Program-made: the position numbers and the translations under genes | The notes under the pieces: generated by a model | Seen by the model: only the letters and a program-made list of their open reading frames with translations | What the model was told of the DNA's origin: nothing | Database searches by the model: none | DNA from: Synechococcus sp. | GTDB taxonomy: Bacteria > Cyanobacteriota > Cyanobacteriia > Thermostichales > PCC-7336 | Assembly: GCA_051439425.1 (NCBI GenBank) | Contig: JBFRWD010000154.1 | Span: 1-20,332, forward strand | DNA: 20,332 nucleotides | Reading direction: 5' to 3' | Shown: one piece after another, positions 19,118 through 20,332 of the stretch | Position numbering within the stretch: position 1 is the first letter of the stretch | Layout of the letters: the number at the start of each line of letters is the position of its first letter

Positions 19118-19146
19118 AAAAACGGGGTGATTCACCGCCACCCCGC
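19118..19146 (-). terminator. Terminator-like hairpin in the glsF 5' region
   Basis: Minus strand GCGGGGUGG-cggugaa-UCACCCCGU-UUUU, ending about 60 nt before the glsF ATG. Confidence 0.6.
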
Positions 19147-19993
19147 CAAGCACACAGCTGCACGAGCTACTCCTTCGTGCCGACCAACCTGTTTCTCAAG
19201 AATGCTTTGAGTCGAGCAGGAACGACACCTGAATTTCAACCCACCAGCTAGTCTCCGAGAGCTAGCTGAGAGTATTCTGTCGCCGACAACATTAAGATTG
19301 TCGGAAGACCAGCTTAACGCAACAATCCACTGGATCTCAATAGGGTTGGAACCGACTATCTCCCAACCTAAGAGCCTCCAAGCCTCCCAGCACAAACCTG
19401 CCCAAGCCTAGAGACTGGCATAGCAATGCAAGATCTGCATTCTAAAGAAACGGATTCGCATGATTCAGATTATTCGTCGAACCTCCCCCTTGTAATTTGT
19501 CAGGCTTGCTACGAAGAGTTTCCTAGAATCACAAATTCGTTTCGACAAGTCTTAGGAAGAGCAGGTAACTATCATTTCTGAGTTGACAGAAAATTAGGCC
19601 TGATTAACATGTCACAAGACAGAAGGCGTTTGCCCCTGATGGTGCCCTTGGTAATTGTTCACCCGGCAGTCTGCAAGTCAGTCAGAGAAGATCACCCATA
19701 ATCACCACCCATAGTAATGTCAGTGATGAAGCCCTTTCCTCCTTTTCCTCCACTAGAGAAAGTCTAGGGATAAGGGTGCCAGAACTCAGACTAGCCAGTC
19801 TTAACAGCAGATCGACAGGGCAATCGACAATCTGCTATGAAGAATCCCGCGAGAATTCTTCTGTGTATATCAGAACAAGAATTTAAGCTGTCTTCAAACT
19901 CCAAACCTTATCGGTGGATAGCTATCGGTGTGTTAAGTCTGCCTCACGGTTTGTGGAGCGCCATACCTCTGCTATTTGTGGCCAATACCTACA

Positions 19994-20026
19994 AACATTC
20001 CCCCGGCAACAGCACGAGGGAATGTT
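19994..20026 (-). terminator. 3' hairpin of petF
   Basis: AACATTCCC (19994-20002) and GGGAATGTT (20018-20026) form a 9-bp stem about 40 nt after the petF stop; the U-tail is weak. Confidence 0.5.
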
Positions 20027-20064
20027 GAATATATGAGGAGGACAAACCCGCAATTGGAGTCGGA

Positions 20065-20332
<268 letters not shown>

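Noticed and set aside
19565..19578. NtcA box upstream of glsF (GTA-N8-TTC)
   Set aside because: Mismatch in the TAC half-site and about 500 nt from the start codon; could arise by chance.

Overview
Cyanobacterial chromosomal window (about 13 HIP1 GCGATCGC octamers by eye; psb34-like, nblS/hik33, Fd-GOGAT and petF genes). The left 4.5 kb looks accessory: a 5'-truncated LRR-Roc-COR (Roco) GTPase gene with near-identical, mosaic 69-bp LRR repeats, a Zn-ribbon and a TORNADO1-like C-terminus, followed by a signal-peptide-less GH13 alpha-amylase of the Aeromonas/Vibrio type. The rest is mostly core genome: psb34/ssl1498-family gene divergent from nblS (hik33), mrdA (PBP2), HU, accD, a DUF2007-like protein, a class I SAM methyltransferase, phoH, ferredoxin-dependent glutamate synthase (glsF) and the 3' part of ferredoxin petF, which is missing from the ORF track. 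Best leads: (1) codon-level hypervariation and shuffling in the Roco LRR array; (2) a multi-hairpin leader ending in a terminator just upstream of glsF, a candidate cis-regulatory RNA; (3) an HLR1/RpaB box in front of psb34, next to the cognate kinase gene. All family calls come from motif recognition; no database searches were run.
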